64,000 nucleotides of DNA from Bacteroidales bacterium (GTDB lineage Bacteria > Bacteroidota > Bacteroidia > Bacteroidales > Paludibacteraceae): assembly GCA_022783865.1 (NCBI GenBank), contig JALFYY010000007.1, positions 4,020-68,019 on the forward strand, in the 5' to 3' direction. Positions 53,301-61,618 of the stretch are shown here, piece by piece. Made by a program: the position numbers and the translations under genes. The notes below the pieces were generated by a model that was not told where the DNA came from, did not search any database, and saw only the letters and a list, made by a program, of their open reading frames with translations. The stretch's first letter is position 1. Every line of letters begins with the position of its first letter.

Positions 53301-53581
53301 TCACAGAGCAACATCCTTGCCTTTTCCTGCAATTCTTCTTCTGACAGTTTGTGTCTGTCCATCAGATACTCCCGATGACGTGAAGGCTCACCATTCGCCA
53401 GGAAAGAGAGTTCTTGCACGATACGCTCTTTCATCTCTGCCGTAGCTTTCTTGGTAAAAGTCACCGCCAATATACGGCGATGGAGATTAGTGCCTTTGTG
53501 GGAAAGCAAGAGGTCGATATAGGTTCGTGCCAACTTGAATGTCTTTCCCGATCCGGCTGATGCACTGGTGATGTCGAGCAT
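50399..53581 (-). CDS. UvrD-like helicase fused to a PD-(D/E)XK nuclease domain (AddA-like)
   Basis: Walker A SASAGSGKTF, helicase motifs (ILAVTFTKKA, IDEFQDTS, MHKSKGLE) and a C-terminal RPDRILLKDKTAVVIDYKFG nuclease motif. Confidence 0.85.
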   Translation of the reverse strand: MLDITSASAGSGKTFKLARTYIDLLLSHKGTNLHRRILAVTFTKKATAEMKERIVQELSFLANGEPSRHREYLMDRHKLSEEELQEKARMLLCDILQDYSAFAVSTIDSFFQRIIRSFSRELNLPGSYNLELDSKHILQEAVDGFFFDLSSDPKDPLVKSLHQLVAGSINEDDNVSIKEKVLSLSRELNKEVYKVHRKVLENVFDNQPQAFYRFQKELQTKIDTLLQQMLDAGRDYKNVLAGNHLAKEDFIRNGSLFNPFYASRSDLRKGNAKFTATFRKFAENDAESAVAKTYKGSNKDALIAAARAIQPLARNWIGLYAQLTELLLVSDKLPYLSLLSDISAKISEKNAELNRLPIDETNRLLNDVISANEEAPFVYDKIGVRLSHYLIDEFQDTSRMQWDNFRPLLKEALATGQYNLVVGDVKQSIYRFRNSDYNLMLSQLDDDFSAGQITKVNLGDNWRSDVQIVETNNYVFRLLAEAENDEINGLTGASYPALTDKIHNVFATLEQHPQKTGEQGYVRFQFLDSTTRTSFREDILERLPGLLRDIQSRNIPLGRVAVLLRNSKEIREVAQCLTAGGFRVMSNEGLLLTASREVRFLVGLLAIIQSPDDKVQSLNTCYEYALLMGKNADEAIQCAVSGNRIFSEEQQSALQTIAGLPLYDQVQALVTLFGLDKSDSAKPYLQSFLDCVYRYITKYQADLYSFMQWWNEHADKLSVASSDSSGAVQLLTMHKSKGLEYDVVIIPFCDWEKGVPASANKIPLLWLDPKKSTLLPLCPLPVLPVMYSDKMADTSFAEDYYQEKQNAYIDNLNLTYVAFTRAKRELYVYAPVCKKDNTSTMGALLHKVLSENNRLTDNIYERGEKVHNAPMPAAGQVMQTDKRMSEPLNNRLRIKLSSATYLTAEDAMPDFSKPVNLGSVMHNILQQIHRFDDEQPLLLQMQQEGNLTPRDVEILNEELRKFNSLVASTDWFSGEYTDLNEQDILLPDGTIRRPDRILLKDKTAVVIDYKFGNMPRPAYNRQVHDYMSLLSKMGYEPRGYLCYINLKRIEEVPFVQNAVV

Positions 53582-53587
53582 GGTATA

Positions 53588-53929
53588 TTATTGAATCAGT
53601 TTCACTTTATAGCCCAATTCCTGTAGCAAGGCAGCGGTTTTCTCACGCACATCGCCTTGCAGCAGTATCTCACCGTCACGCACCGAACCGCCTACGGCAA
53701 GGCGCACTTTGAGATGTTTAGCCAAAGCTGCCACCTCTTCGTCAGTGCCGTCGTGCCCCGTAACAAGCGTTGCCGTCTTGCCTTTGCGCTTGTCTTTTTC
53801 CACACGGAGAAGAGGCAGTTTGTGCTGTGCAGGCTTCTGTTCGGGCAGTTCAGCCGAAGCATTATCAACAGGCGGCATATCCGCCAAAAGACTTTCGAGT
53901 TGTGTTTTCCAATCAGCCATATCCATCAT
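53588..53929 (-). CDS. translation initiation factor SUI1/YciH family
   Basis: The start is set at Met67 of the track ORF (ATGA overlap with the trmH-like stop). LRVEKDKRKGKTATLVTG...LAVGGSVRDGEILLQGDVREK is SUI1-like. Confidence 0.8.
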   Translation of the reverse strand: MMDMADWKTQLESLLADMPPVDNASAELPEQKPAQHKLPLLRVEKDKRKGKTATLVTGHDGTDEEVAALAKHLKVRLAVGGSVRDGEILLQGDVREKTAALLQELGYKVKLIQ

Positions 53930-54471
53930 TGTTTTGCGGCAGACGAATGCAGTGCCGTCGCCATTTGATACATTACTATTCCTGCCGTGACCGACACATT
54001 GAGCGAATGTTTGGTGCCGTATTGCGGTATTTCGATACAACCGTCGGCTGCATCCACCACTTCTTGCTGTACGCCGAACACCTCGTGCCCAAAGACGACA
54101 GCATACTTGCCATCGGCACTGAGACACAAATCCTGGAGCATAGTGCTATTGTGCGCCTGCTCAACGGCAAACACTTTGTATCCTGCGGTTTGCAACTCTC
54201 TGACGGCATCGAGCGTTGATTGCCTGTACTGCCAATCCACAGTGAGTTCCGCTCCCAACGCCGTCTTATGAATCTCCTGATTGGGCGGTGTGCAACACAG
54301 TCCGCAAAGATAGATACCTTCCAAAAGGAAAGCATCAGCAGTGCGAAAGACTGCTCCGATATTGTGCTGACTACGCACATTGTCGAGCACCACCACCAAC
54401 GGCACTTTCTTTGCCTGCTTGAATTCTTCCGCCGTCAAGCGGTTCATCTCTATTGTCTTCAGTTTCTGCAT
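53926..54471 (-). CDS. SpoU/TrmH-family RNA 2'-O-methyltransferase
   Basis: LVVVLDNVRSQHNIGAVFRTADAF...VFGHEVFGV...IEIPQYGTKHSLNVSVTAGI. Confidence 0.8.
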   Translation of the reverse strand: MQKLKTIEMNRLTAEEFKQAKKVPLVVVLDNVRSQHNIGAVFRTADAFLLEGIYLCGLCCTPPNQEIHKTALGAELTVDWQYRQSTLDAVRELQTAGYKVFAVEQAHNSTMLQDLCLSADGKYAVVFGHEVFGVQQEVVDAADGCIEIPQYGTKHSLNVSVTAGIVMYQMATALHSSAAKQ

Positions 54472-54507
54472 ATCTATTGCTTTACTCCGGCATTCATTTA
54501 TTGATTA

Positions 54508-54515
54508 CAAAAGTA
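54508..54515 (-). promoter_or_regulatory. -7 box TActTTTG (trmH-like)
   Basis: 37 nt upstream of ATG 54471. Confidence 0.45.
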
Positions 54516-54577
54516 CAAAACTTTAGGCAAACAAGCAAATTATTTTGCAAGAAGAGGCATAATTGAGAAATTATTCG

Positions 54578-54585
54578 TAATTTTG
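54578..54585 (+). promoter_or_regulatory. -7 box TAatTTTG
   Basis: 30 nt upstream of ATG 54615. Confidence 0.45.
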
Positions 54586-54614
54586 CTGCTGTAAATAAAT
54601 GTATCAGACCGACA

Positions 54615-55418
54615 ATGAAAAAAATTGCTATACTACTGCTATGCGTTTTGCCGTGTGCTGCTATGGCACGCACCAATGTACAAAAGCTCCTTTCGTCTGC
54701 ACAGCGATTGCAAAAAGAAGGGCTCTATCTTGAAGCGATGGACTCCGCCACGTTGGCGCTTAGGATTGACGAAGACAACCGCAACGCCAAAGATTTTGTG
54801 TACCGCAACTGGGACAATCTCATCCGCCAAACCGACTCCTATTTGGGGCAATTCAACGATATGGAAAGCCTTGAGCATGCCGCTGCGCGCTGCGAGACAT
54901 ACCGTCTGTTAGAGGAAATCTACAATAACCTGAGAGAAGTAAGAATGCCGCTCTACGGTCCGAACCAGTCATGGGTATGGCAGCCCGAGATAGCCTATTA
55001 TACAGGACATTACGACGAAGAGCGTTTTCGTGCGTTCCGGTTGGCTGTCAGTAAGACAGAAAAAGCCCTCCGCAGTTACGACACTTTCACGGCGGAAACG
55101 TATATAGACCAAGCGCTCAACCAATTCCTTATCACCGATAACGAAAGGGAAACGAACAGAAAAGAGATTGTAGAACGTTGCCGGCAAGTATTGTCAGAGA
55201 TGAGCCAAAGCCAACAAATCCACCAAGTCATCTTCGCCTACGATTTGTGCGGCTTACTGCTTCATCTCGACAGCACACAAACCGATATAGAGGAAGAACA
55301 AACCAAGATACGGCAACACATAGCAGCATTATATACCGCGCAAGCCCTTGCAGCAGAGCAAGCCGGTGATACCATCCGTGCAGTAGAACTGCGTTTGTCG
55401 GCTGAAGACTGGCAATAA
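54615..55418 (+). CDS. hypothetical secreted helical protein
   Basis: Signal peptide MKKIAILLLCVLPCAAMA. A TAatTTTG box lies 30 nt upstream. I recognised no family. Confidence 0.6.
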   Translation: MKKIAILLLCVLPCAAMARTNVQKLLSSAQRLQKEGLYLEAMDSATLALRIDEDNRNAKDFVYRNWDNLIRQTDSYLGQFNDMESLEHAAARCETYRLLEEIYNNLREVRMPLYGPNQSWVWQPEIAYYTGHYDEERFRAFRLAVSKTEKALRSYDTFTAETYIDQALNQFLITDNERETNRKEIVERCRQVLSEMSQSQQIHQVIFAYDLCGLLLHLDSTQTDIEEEQTKIRQHIAALYTAQALAAEQAGDTIRAVELRLSAEDWQ

Positions 55419-55534
55419 ATTTATAGACAAGGGAGTAAGGACAACGGACAAAAGACTATTTTGTCAGTCTCCGTTAACTGCCGTTTATGGATTATTAATA
55501 TTGCAGTTAGAGAGTTGGCAAGGTGCTTACAAAT

Positions 55535-55563
55535 AAAAGTTTCCTTTTTTCAAGGAAACTTTT
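55535..55563 (+). terminator. AT-rich 10-bp-stem hairpin AAAAGTTTCC...GGAAACTTTT
   Basis: Located in the convergent gap between 54615-55418 (+) and lipB (-). The T-run is part of the 3' arm. Confidence 0.35.
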
Positions 55564-55630
55564 CTGCAACTACACAGCCACGCAACCCGACAAGGAAGTT
55601 ATCCAAACAACATCTACACAAGCAAACAAC

Positions 55631-55666
55631 TTAAGGCAGGTTCTATAAATAGGACACCTGCCTTAA
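55631..55666 (-). terminator. 11-bp-stem hairpin TTAAGGCAGGT...ACCTGCCTTAA just downstream of lipB
   Basis: A perfect 11-bp stem with a 14-nt loop, starting 6 nt after the lipB stop. Confidence 0.45.
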
Positions 55667-55671
55667 CAACT

Positions 55672-56376
55672 TCACAGCAAACAGAACAAGCGCCGGGCTT
55701 CGGTTTGCAAAAGGCGATTCACTTCTTCTATAGGCACTTCGTGTCCCAACTCCCGGGCGAGAGAAGTCACTCCTTTGTCCACAAAGCCGCATGGGTTGAT
55801 ATAGGAGAAATACTTCAAGTCGGTATTCACATTGAGCGCGAAGCCGTGCATTGTCACATAGCGGGAAGCCCTGACACCTATCGCACAGATTTTGCGAGCC
55901 TGAGCAGATGCCGGTTCTATCCATACACCGGTGGCTCCCTGCAACCGTTCTCCCCGAACGCCATACTCCGCCAGCACATTGATAATCATCTGCTCCAAGA
56001 GAAAGATATATTCCTTCAGTCCGAGGTGACGCCCCACGGACGACAAAGGCGAGAGTTGCTCCAGGTCGAAGACAGGATAGCCCACTGTCTGTCCGGGACC
56101 ATGGTATGTGATGTCGCCGCCTCGGTCGATATGAAACCACTCCGCCCCTATCTGCTGCAGACGCTCAGGCGAAAGGAGCATATTCTCATCTTTGCCGTGC
56201 CGTCCGATAGTATAAACATGCGGGTGCTGACAAAGAATGAAATCGTTCGCCGGACGCAATCCCTCCTGCTTTTGCCGAATCTTCTCATCGAACAACCGGT
56301 GTTGCCGTTCCCATGCCTCAGCGTATGGCACCATGCCCCAATCTATACAATTAATCATAGTATCCGTTTTGCTCAT
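55672..56376 (-). CDS. lipB: octanoyltransferase LipB
   Basis: The start is set at Met15 (a TAtcTTTG box at 56406-56413 lies inside the longer ORF). HPHVYTIGRHG, FHIDRGGDITYHGPGQ and RKICAIGV motifs are present. Confidence 0.9.
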   Translation of the reverse strand: MSKTDTMINCIDWGMVPYAEAWERQHRLFDEKIRQKQEGLRPANDFILCQHPHVYTIGRHGKDENMLLSPERLQQIGAEWFHIDRGGDITYHGPGQTVGYPVFDLEQLSPLSSVGRHLGLKEYIFLLEQMIINVLAEYGVRGERLQGATGVWIEPASAQARKICAIGVRASRYVTMHGFALNVNTDLKYFSYINPCGFVDKGVTSLARELGHEVPIEEVNRLLQTEARRLFCLL

Positions 56377-56405
56377 TACGAAAAATATATGTACTTTTGT
56401 GGTTG

Positions 56406-56413
56406 CAAAGATA
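56406..56413 (-). promoter_or_regulatory. -7 box TAtcTTTG (lipB)
   Basis: 30 nt upstream of ATG 56376. Confidence 0.5.
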
Positions 56414-56493
56414 CACAAATTTGACGATTTGACAATTTTACAATTTAACCGGACATAACCTATTGAACAAATTCGGAATTTGACAATTTATAT

Positions 56494-58347
56494 ATGAGTA
56501 CCACTCCCACCTATATAGAGCTATTGGCGCCTGCGAAGAACGCGGAAACAGGCAAAGCCGCCATTGACAGCGGTGCAGATGCCGTATATATCGGTGCGCC
56601 CCGTTTCGGTGCCCGTCAGGCGGTGGGCAATACGATAGAAGATATCCGTGAGCTGGCTGATTACGCCCATATCTTCTCTTGCAAGGTGTGGGTTACGCTC
56701 AATACGATATTGCACGACGACGAGCTGCCTGCCGCTACGGCATTGGCTTGGCAACTCTACGAAGCCGGTGCGGACGGACTCCTGATACAGGATATGGGAC
56801 TATTGGAACAAGACCTGCCGCCTATCCGTCTGCACGCCTCTACCCAATGCCACAACACAAGCGTCGAAAAAGTACAATGGCTCGAACAATTGGGCATACA
56901 GAGAGTCGTTTTGGCACGAGAGTTATCTTTGGAGGAAATAAAGGACATCCGTTCCCATACCAAAGTGGAGCTCGAAGCCTTTGTGCATGGCGCATTGTGC
57001 GTGAGCTACTCGGGACAATGCTATCTATCCGAAGCCGTTTGCGGAAGGAGTGCCAACCGCGGGTGCTGCTCACAGATGTGCAGACAACGCTACGACCTTC
57101 TGGACAAGGACGGCAAAGAGATTGCACACCAACAGTATCTGCTCTCGCTCCACGACATGGACCGGAGTCAGTATCTGGAAGAACTGCTGCAAGCGGGCGT
57201 TACGAGTCTGAAGATAGAAGGGCGGCTGAAAGACACCGACTATGTACGCAACGTGGTAGGCTACTACCGGCAGTGCCTTGACCGTATCTTCAGTCAGGAG
57301 AACAGTCCGTACAAACGGGCATCACAGGGAAATATATATTTGGGATTCACTCCGCAAACAGAGAAGACTTTCCACAGAGGCAGTACGGATTATTTCCTCC
57401 ACGGGCGCACACAGCATCTGGCAAATTGGGCGACTCCCAAGTCAACGGGCGAATACTTGGGCAAGATTGTTTTGATAGAGCGCAACGCTCTCTTGCTCAG
57501 AACCGGCAAGCCGCTCCACAATGGCGACGGTCTGTGCTTTGCCGACCAAGGGTTCTCCGTCAATACGGCTGTGCCTACCCGAGAAAAAGACGTATGGCGC
57601 ATTGTGCCGAACCGGATGCCTGACCTCAGTATCGGCGAGGACATCTATCGGAATACCGACAAGGCGTTTACCGACTGCCTCCGCAGTACCCGCAGCGTCC
57701 GCAAACTGCCTATCGACATCTGTTTGAGCGAAACCGAAAAGGGCTTTCTGCTGCAGATGGGCGGACGCACTATGGAGTTCCGGCATGAGAAAACGGTGGC
57801 ACAAAAGAAGGAACAGGCACTGCAGAATATCCGTACGCAACTCAGTAAGTTAGGCGATACGCCCTATGAGGCAAAGTCCGTCACCCTGCAACTGCAGGAA
57901 GCTTGGTTTCTGCCGGTGAGTGTACTCAACGAGTGGCGGCGCCGTTGTCTGGCAAGCGGTTCTGCCATGTCAGACAACGACAAGCGAAACGCTGCAACTG
58001 CCGAATCGTCGAATCGTCCGATTATCAAACTATCCGCCCGTCCCGCTTTGCCCGAGCAGCCGCACGACTACCGCCTCAATATCCTCAACCAAGCGGCAAA
58101 GCGTTTCTACGCTGAATGCGGCGCAGAGGATACCGAGCCTGCTTTTGAAATCTCGCATGACCACGGGGCGGCACTGATGACTTGCAAATATTGCATTTTG
58201 TACGAGACGGGTATGTGCCGTAAACACACTACTGCCGACGAGCGCAAAAGAGAACCTGCTTTTATCCGCACCAACGGCAAAGTGTTCCGATTGGTATTCG
58301 ACTGCAAAGAGTGCGTGATGAGGATAGTTGAGGAGATGAGGAGATGA
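56494..58347 (+). CDS. peptidase U32 family protein
   Basis: IELLAPAKNAETGKAAIDSGADAVYIGAPRFGAR...VTLNTIL...ARELSLEEI...E(A)FVHGALCVSYSGQC. Confidence 0.85.
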   Translation: MSTTPTYIELLAPAKNAETGKAAIDSGADAVYIGAPRFGARQAVGNTIEDIRELADYAHIFSCKVWVTLNTILHDDELPAATALAWQLYEAGADGLLIQDMGLLEQDLPPIRLHASTQCHNTSVEKVQWLEQLGIQRVVLARELSLEEIKDIRSHTKVELEAFVHGALCVSYSGQCYLSEAVCGRSANRGCCSQMCRQRYDLLDKDGKEIAHQQYLLSLHDMDRSQYLEELLQAGVTSLKIEGRLKDTDYVRNVVGYYRQCLDRIFSQENSPYKRASQGNIYLGFTPQTEKTFHRGSTDYFLHGRTQHLANWATPKSTGEYLGKIVLIERNALLLRTGKPLHNGDGLCFADQGFSVNTAVPTREKDVWRIVPNRMPDLSIGEDIYRNTDKAFTDCLRSTRSVRKLPIDICLSETEKGFLLQMGGRTMEFRHEKTVAQKKEQALQNIRTQLSKLGDTPYEAKSVTLQLQEAWFLPVSVLNEWRRRCLASGSAMSDNDKRNAATAESSNRPIIKLSARPALPEQPHDYRLNILNQAAKRFYAECGAEDTEPAFEISHDHGAALMTCKYCILYETGMCRKHTTADERKREPAFIRTNGKVFRLVFDCKECVMRIVEEMRR

Positions 58348-58380
58348 ATAATTGAATATTCAATATTTGATATTTCATAT
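58325..58380. repeat. 8-bp word array (TAGTTGAG GAGATGAG GAGATGAA, then AT-rich words)
   Basis: tagttgag gagatgag gagatgaa taattgaa tattcaat atttgata tttcatat. The first three words encode the last residues and the stop of the U32 peptidase. Confidence 0.85.
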
Positions 58381-58792
58381 TCCCTGCAGAGCCTTTGTCG
58401 GGATGAGCATAAACCTTGCAAGCACCATATCAAAGCACTGAAAGTTTATAAATATTTATATTTTACTACTGCGCTATCCTTATAATATCCCTAAGGTATC
58501 GTTTCGGTATCCCTAAAGAAAAAGGATGGTAAGGGCTTTAATGTCTTTTTAACATTAAGGCAACGGGACGGCAACAAGACGGCTGAGATTTTGGTCTCCG
58601 TCGGTTGACGCTAATGCAACATCGGTCTGTACGCCTGCCTGCGTATGCGGGCGCAGACGCCCACACAGCGACACACATTACGAGCGGGGATTGCACGAGT
58701 GCTCCCAGACCCGGGCAGGAGTCCGGCAACAGAATTTTACATTTTTCTTGAAAGATATTGCGCAGAGACTTGTGCATATCAAAAATATGTAG

Positions 58793-58800
58793 TACCTTTG
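58793..58800 (+). promoter_or_regulatory. -7 box TAccTTTG (rplS)
   Basis: 80 nt upstream of ATG 58880. Confidence 0.55.
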
Positions 58801-58879
58801 CACGCATTTTGGGCAAAGTCTCTGGCAAATACAGAAATAGCGAATACTCTGCCCGTTAACATTAAATTCGTACGAAACA

Positions 58880-59233
58880 ATGGATTTGATCAAGATTGCT
58901 GAACAAGCATTCGCCGGAGAAAAGAAAGAGTTCCCGGCATTCAAAAGCGGTGACACTGTTACGGTTGCTTACCGTATCAAAGAAGGTAACAAGGAGCGTA
59001 TTCAGGAGTTCCGCGGCGACGTTATCCGCATCAGCGGCAGCGAAGACAAAAAGCGCTTCACCGTCCGCAAAATGTCGAACGGCGTAGGCGTAGAGCGTAT
59101 CTTCCCTATGGATTCTCCTTTCGTGGAGAAGATTACCGTTAACAAATACGGTAAAGTACGCCGTGCCAAATTGTATTACTTACGTGACCTCACGGGTAAG
59201 AAAGCCCGTATTCCCGAGCGCCGCGTAAAATAA
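58880..59233 (+). CDS. rplS: 50S ribosomal protein L19
   Basis: [33 protein letters not shown]...[17 protein letters not shown], 117 aa. Confidence 0.95.
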   Translation: MDLIKIAEQAFAGEKKEFPAFKSGDTVTVAYRIKEGNKERIQEFRGDVIRISGSEDKKRFTVRKMSNGVGVERIFPMDSPFVEKITVNKYGKVRRAKLYYLRDLTGKKARIPERRVK

Positions 59234-59307
59234 TGCTCTCAGCAGAAACCGAGAACGGGGGACTTCATGCAAATGGGTTCCCTGTTTGCTTTTATAGGTA
59301 AACAACT

Positions 59308-59778
59308 ATGACACAAAAGACCAATGCCGCCCGACTCTTGGACGCAGCCAAGATAACTTACGAATTAGTCTCCTACAAGGTGGACGAATCGGACCTCTCC
59401 GCCGTGCACGTGGCAACGCAATTAGGCGAGGACGTCGCATGCGTGTTCAAGACCCTTGTACTGCGCGGCGACCGGACCGGTATCTTCGTTTGTATCGTCC
59501 CGGGCGACAAGGAAGTGGACCTCAAGAAAGCCGCCAAAGCCAGCGGCAACAAGTCGTGCCAGATGACACAGGTAAAGGAATTGCTCGGTTTGACGGGCTA
59601 TATACGCGGCGGCTGCTCGCCTATCGGCATGAAGAAACCTTATCCGATGTATATCCATCAGTCAGCCGAAGAGCATCCCTCGCTCTATGTCAGCGCCGGT
59701 GTCCGTGGCATGCAGATTCATCTTGCCACTACCGACCTTATCCGCTTCGCCCGACTGCAGGTAGCGGACCTGATATAG
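59308..59778 (+). CDS. ybaK: Cys-tRNA(Pro)/Cys-tRNA(Cys) deacylase YbaK
   Basis: KTNAARLLDAAKITYELVSY...FKTLVL...GYIRGGCSPIGMKK pattern. Confidence 0.85.
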   Translation: MTQKTNAARLLDAAKITYELVSYKVDESDLSAVHVATQLGEDVACVFKTLVLRGDRTGIFVCIVPGDKEVDLKKAAKASGNKSCQMTQVKELLGLTGYIRGGCSPIGMKKPYPMYIHQSAEEHPSLYVSAGVRGMQIHLATTDLIRFARLQVADLI

Positions 59779-59821
59779 ATACGACGGACACAATATATAA
59801 TAGGTATCAGCAGGAAAGACA

Positions 59822-60748
59822 ATGGAAAAAATCAGTTGGAAAGGACACGGCGCGATGCTCTCAGCCAATGTGATGTGGGGCTTGATGGCACCTGTCTCCA
59901 AGTTCGTCATGACGGGCGGCTTAGTGGCTCCCCTCGTCATCACCGACTTGCGTGTAGGGGGTGCTATGGTGCTCTTTTGGATAGCCTCATTCTTCCAAAA
60001 GAAAGAATATGTCTCCACCAAAGACATGCTCAAACTCTTTGCCGCATCGCTCCTCTGCATCGTCTTCAACCAAGGAAGCATGATGTTCGGACTGAGCCTC
60101 ACCTCTCCTATGGACGCCTCTATCATCACCACGAGTATGCCGCTGTGGATCATGCTGCTCTCCGCTCTGATTCTGAAAGAACCCATCACCAATAAGAAGG
60201 TACTGGGCATCGCCGCCGGAGCTGGAGGCGCATTGCTCCTTATCCTGAGCAGCCACTCTGCCACAGTCCAAGCCGGCAGCAACGGCACGCAGATATGGGG
60301 CGACCTGCTAGTAGTGCTGGCGCAACTGAGCTATGCATCCTACATCGTGCTATTCAAGAACTTCGTGAGCAAATACTCGATGATTACCATCATGAAGTGG
60401 ATGTTCACCTTCGCCTTTATCTGCCTGTTGCCTTTCTCCGGCAACCAACTCATGACCACCCCGTGGGCGGCCTTGCAACCAAGCCAATATTGGGGATTGG
60501 CATTCATCGTGGTCTGCGCCACGTTCTTTTGCTACATGCTGATTGTGGTCGGGCAACGGACTTTGCGCCCCACCGTGGCAGGCATGTACAACTATATCCA
60601 ACCCATCGTGGCGAGCATCGTTGCCATCTATTGGGGCATGGACACGTTCAGTATCACCAAACTGCTGGCTATGCTGCTCATCTTCGGCGGTGTGTATCTG
60701 GTAACAGCCAGCCGGGCAAGAAAAGAACAAACAGAACAGAAAGTATAA
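59822..60748 (+). CDS. EamA/DMT-family transporter
   Basis: 308 aa with 10 hydrophobic segments and a duplicated EamA-like architecture. Confidence 0.85.
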   Translation: MEKISWKGHGAMLSANVMWGLMAPVSKFVMTGGLVAPLVITDLRVGGAMVLFWIASFFQKKEYVSTKDMLKLFAASLLCIVFNQGSMMFGLSLTSPMDASIITTSMPLWIMLLSALILKEPITNKKVLGIAAGAGGALLLILSSHSATVQAGSNGTQIWGDLLVVLAQLSYASYIVLFKNFVSKYSMITIMKWMFTFAFICLLPFSGNQLMTTPWAALQPSQYWGLAFIVVCATFFCYMLIVVGQRTLRPTVAGMYNYIQPIVASIVAIYWGMDTFSITKLLAMLLIFGGVYLVTASRARKEQTEQKV

Positions 60749-60760
60749 AACGCGATCAAT

Positions 60761-61600
60761 ATGCAAATCATTACAACCCAAAAAGCACTGCGGGAAACCG
60801 TCAGCGCACTCAAAGAACTCAACAAAACCATCGGCTTGGTACCCACCATGGGCGCCTTGCACCAAGGGCACGCTTCGTTGGTACGCCGCTGCGTGGCAGG
60901 CAACGATGTAACATTCGTATCGGTGTTTGTCAACCCGACGCAGTTCAACAACAAGGAGGACCTCGTCAAGTATCCCCGCAACCTCCAAGCCGATGCCGAA
61001 CTACTGACAGATATGGGCGTGGACTTTGTGTTCGCCCCCACTCCCGAAGAGATGTACACAGCCGAGGAGATGAACCAGACATTCGCCTTCGATTTTGGCG
61101 GTCTCGACCAAGTGATGGAGGGCAAATACCGTCCGGGACATTTCAACGGAGTGGTGCAAATCGTATCGAAACTCTTCCGCTTGGTGCAGCCTAACCGTGC
61201 TTATTTCGGAGAGAAAGACTATCAGCAACTTGCCATCATCCACCGCATGGTGGAGGTAATGCACATGGACGTGCAGATTTGCGACTGCCCTATTGTGCGT
61301 GAGCAGACAGGATTGGCACTGTCCAGCCGCAACCAGCGACTCACTGAACAGCAGCGCACCACTGCACAGAACATTGCCCGAGTGCTCTTCGAGAGCCGCC
61401 AACTCACCCAATCGCAGACCGTACAACAAGTGCAGAGTTGGGTCATCGAGCAAATCAACCGTATCGACGGTCTCACCGTAGAATACTACGAGATTGTGGA
61501 CCAAACCACCCTTCAGCCGGTCAGCGATTTCAGTCACGCCATCGGCTGCGTAACGGTCTATTGCGGCGATGTGCGCCTCATCGACAATATCAAATACTAA
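60761..61600 (+). CDS. panC: pantoate--beta-alanine ligase
   Basis: IGLVPTMGALHQGHASLV...SVFVNPTQFN...YFGEKDYQQL. Confidence 0.95.
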   Translation: MQIITTQKALRETVSALKELNKTIGLVPTMGALHQGHASLVRRCVAGNDVTFVSVFVNPTQFNNKEDLVKYPRNLQADAELLTDMGVDFVFAPTPEEMYTAEEMNQTFAFDFGGLDQVMEGKYRPGHFNGVVQIVSKLFRLVQPNRAYFGEKDYQQLAIIHRMVEVMHMDVQICDCPIVREQTGLALSSRNQRLTEQQRTTAQNIARVLFESRQLTQSQTVQQVQSWVIEQINRIDGLTVEYYEIVDQTTLQPVSDFSHAIGCVTVYCGDVRLIDNIKY

Positions 61601-61618
61601 GCATTACTGTCGGACTTT

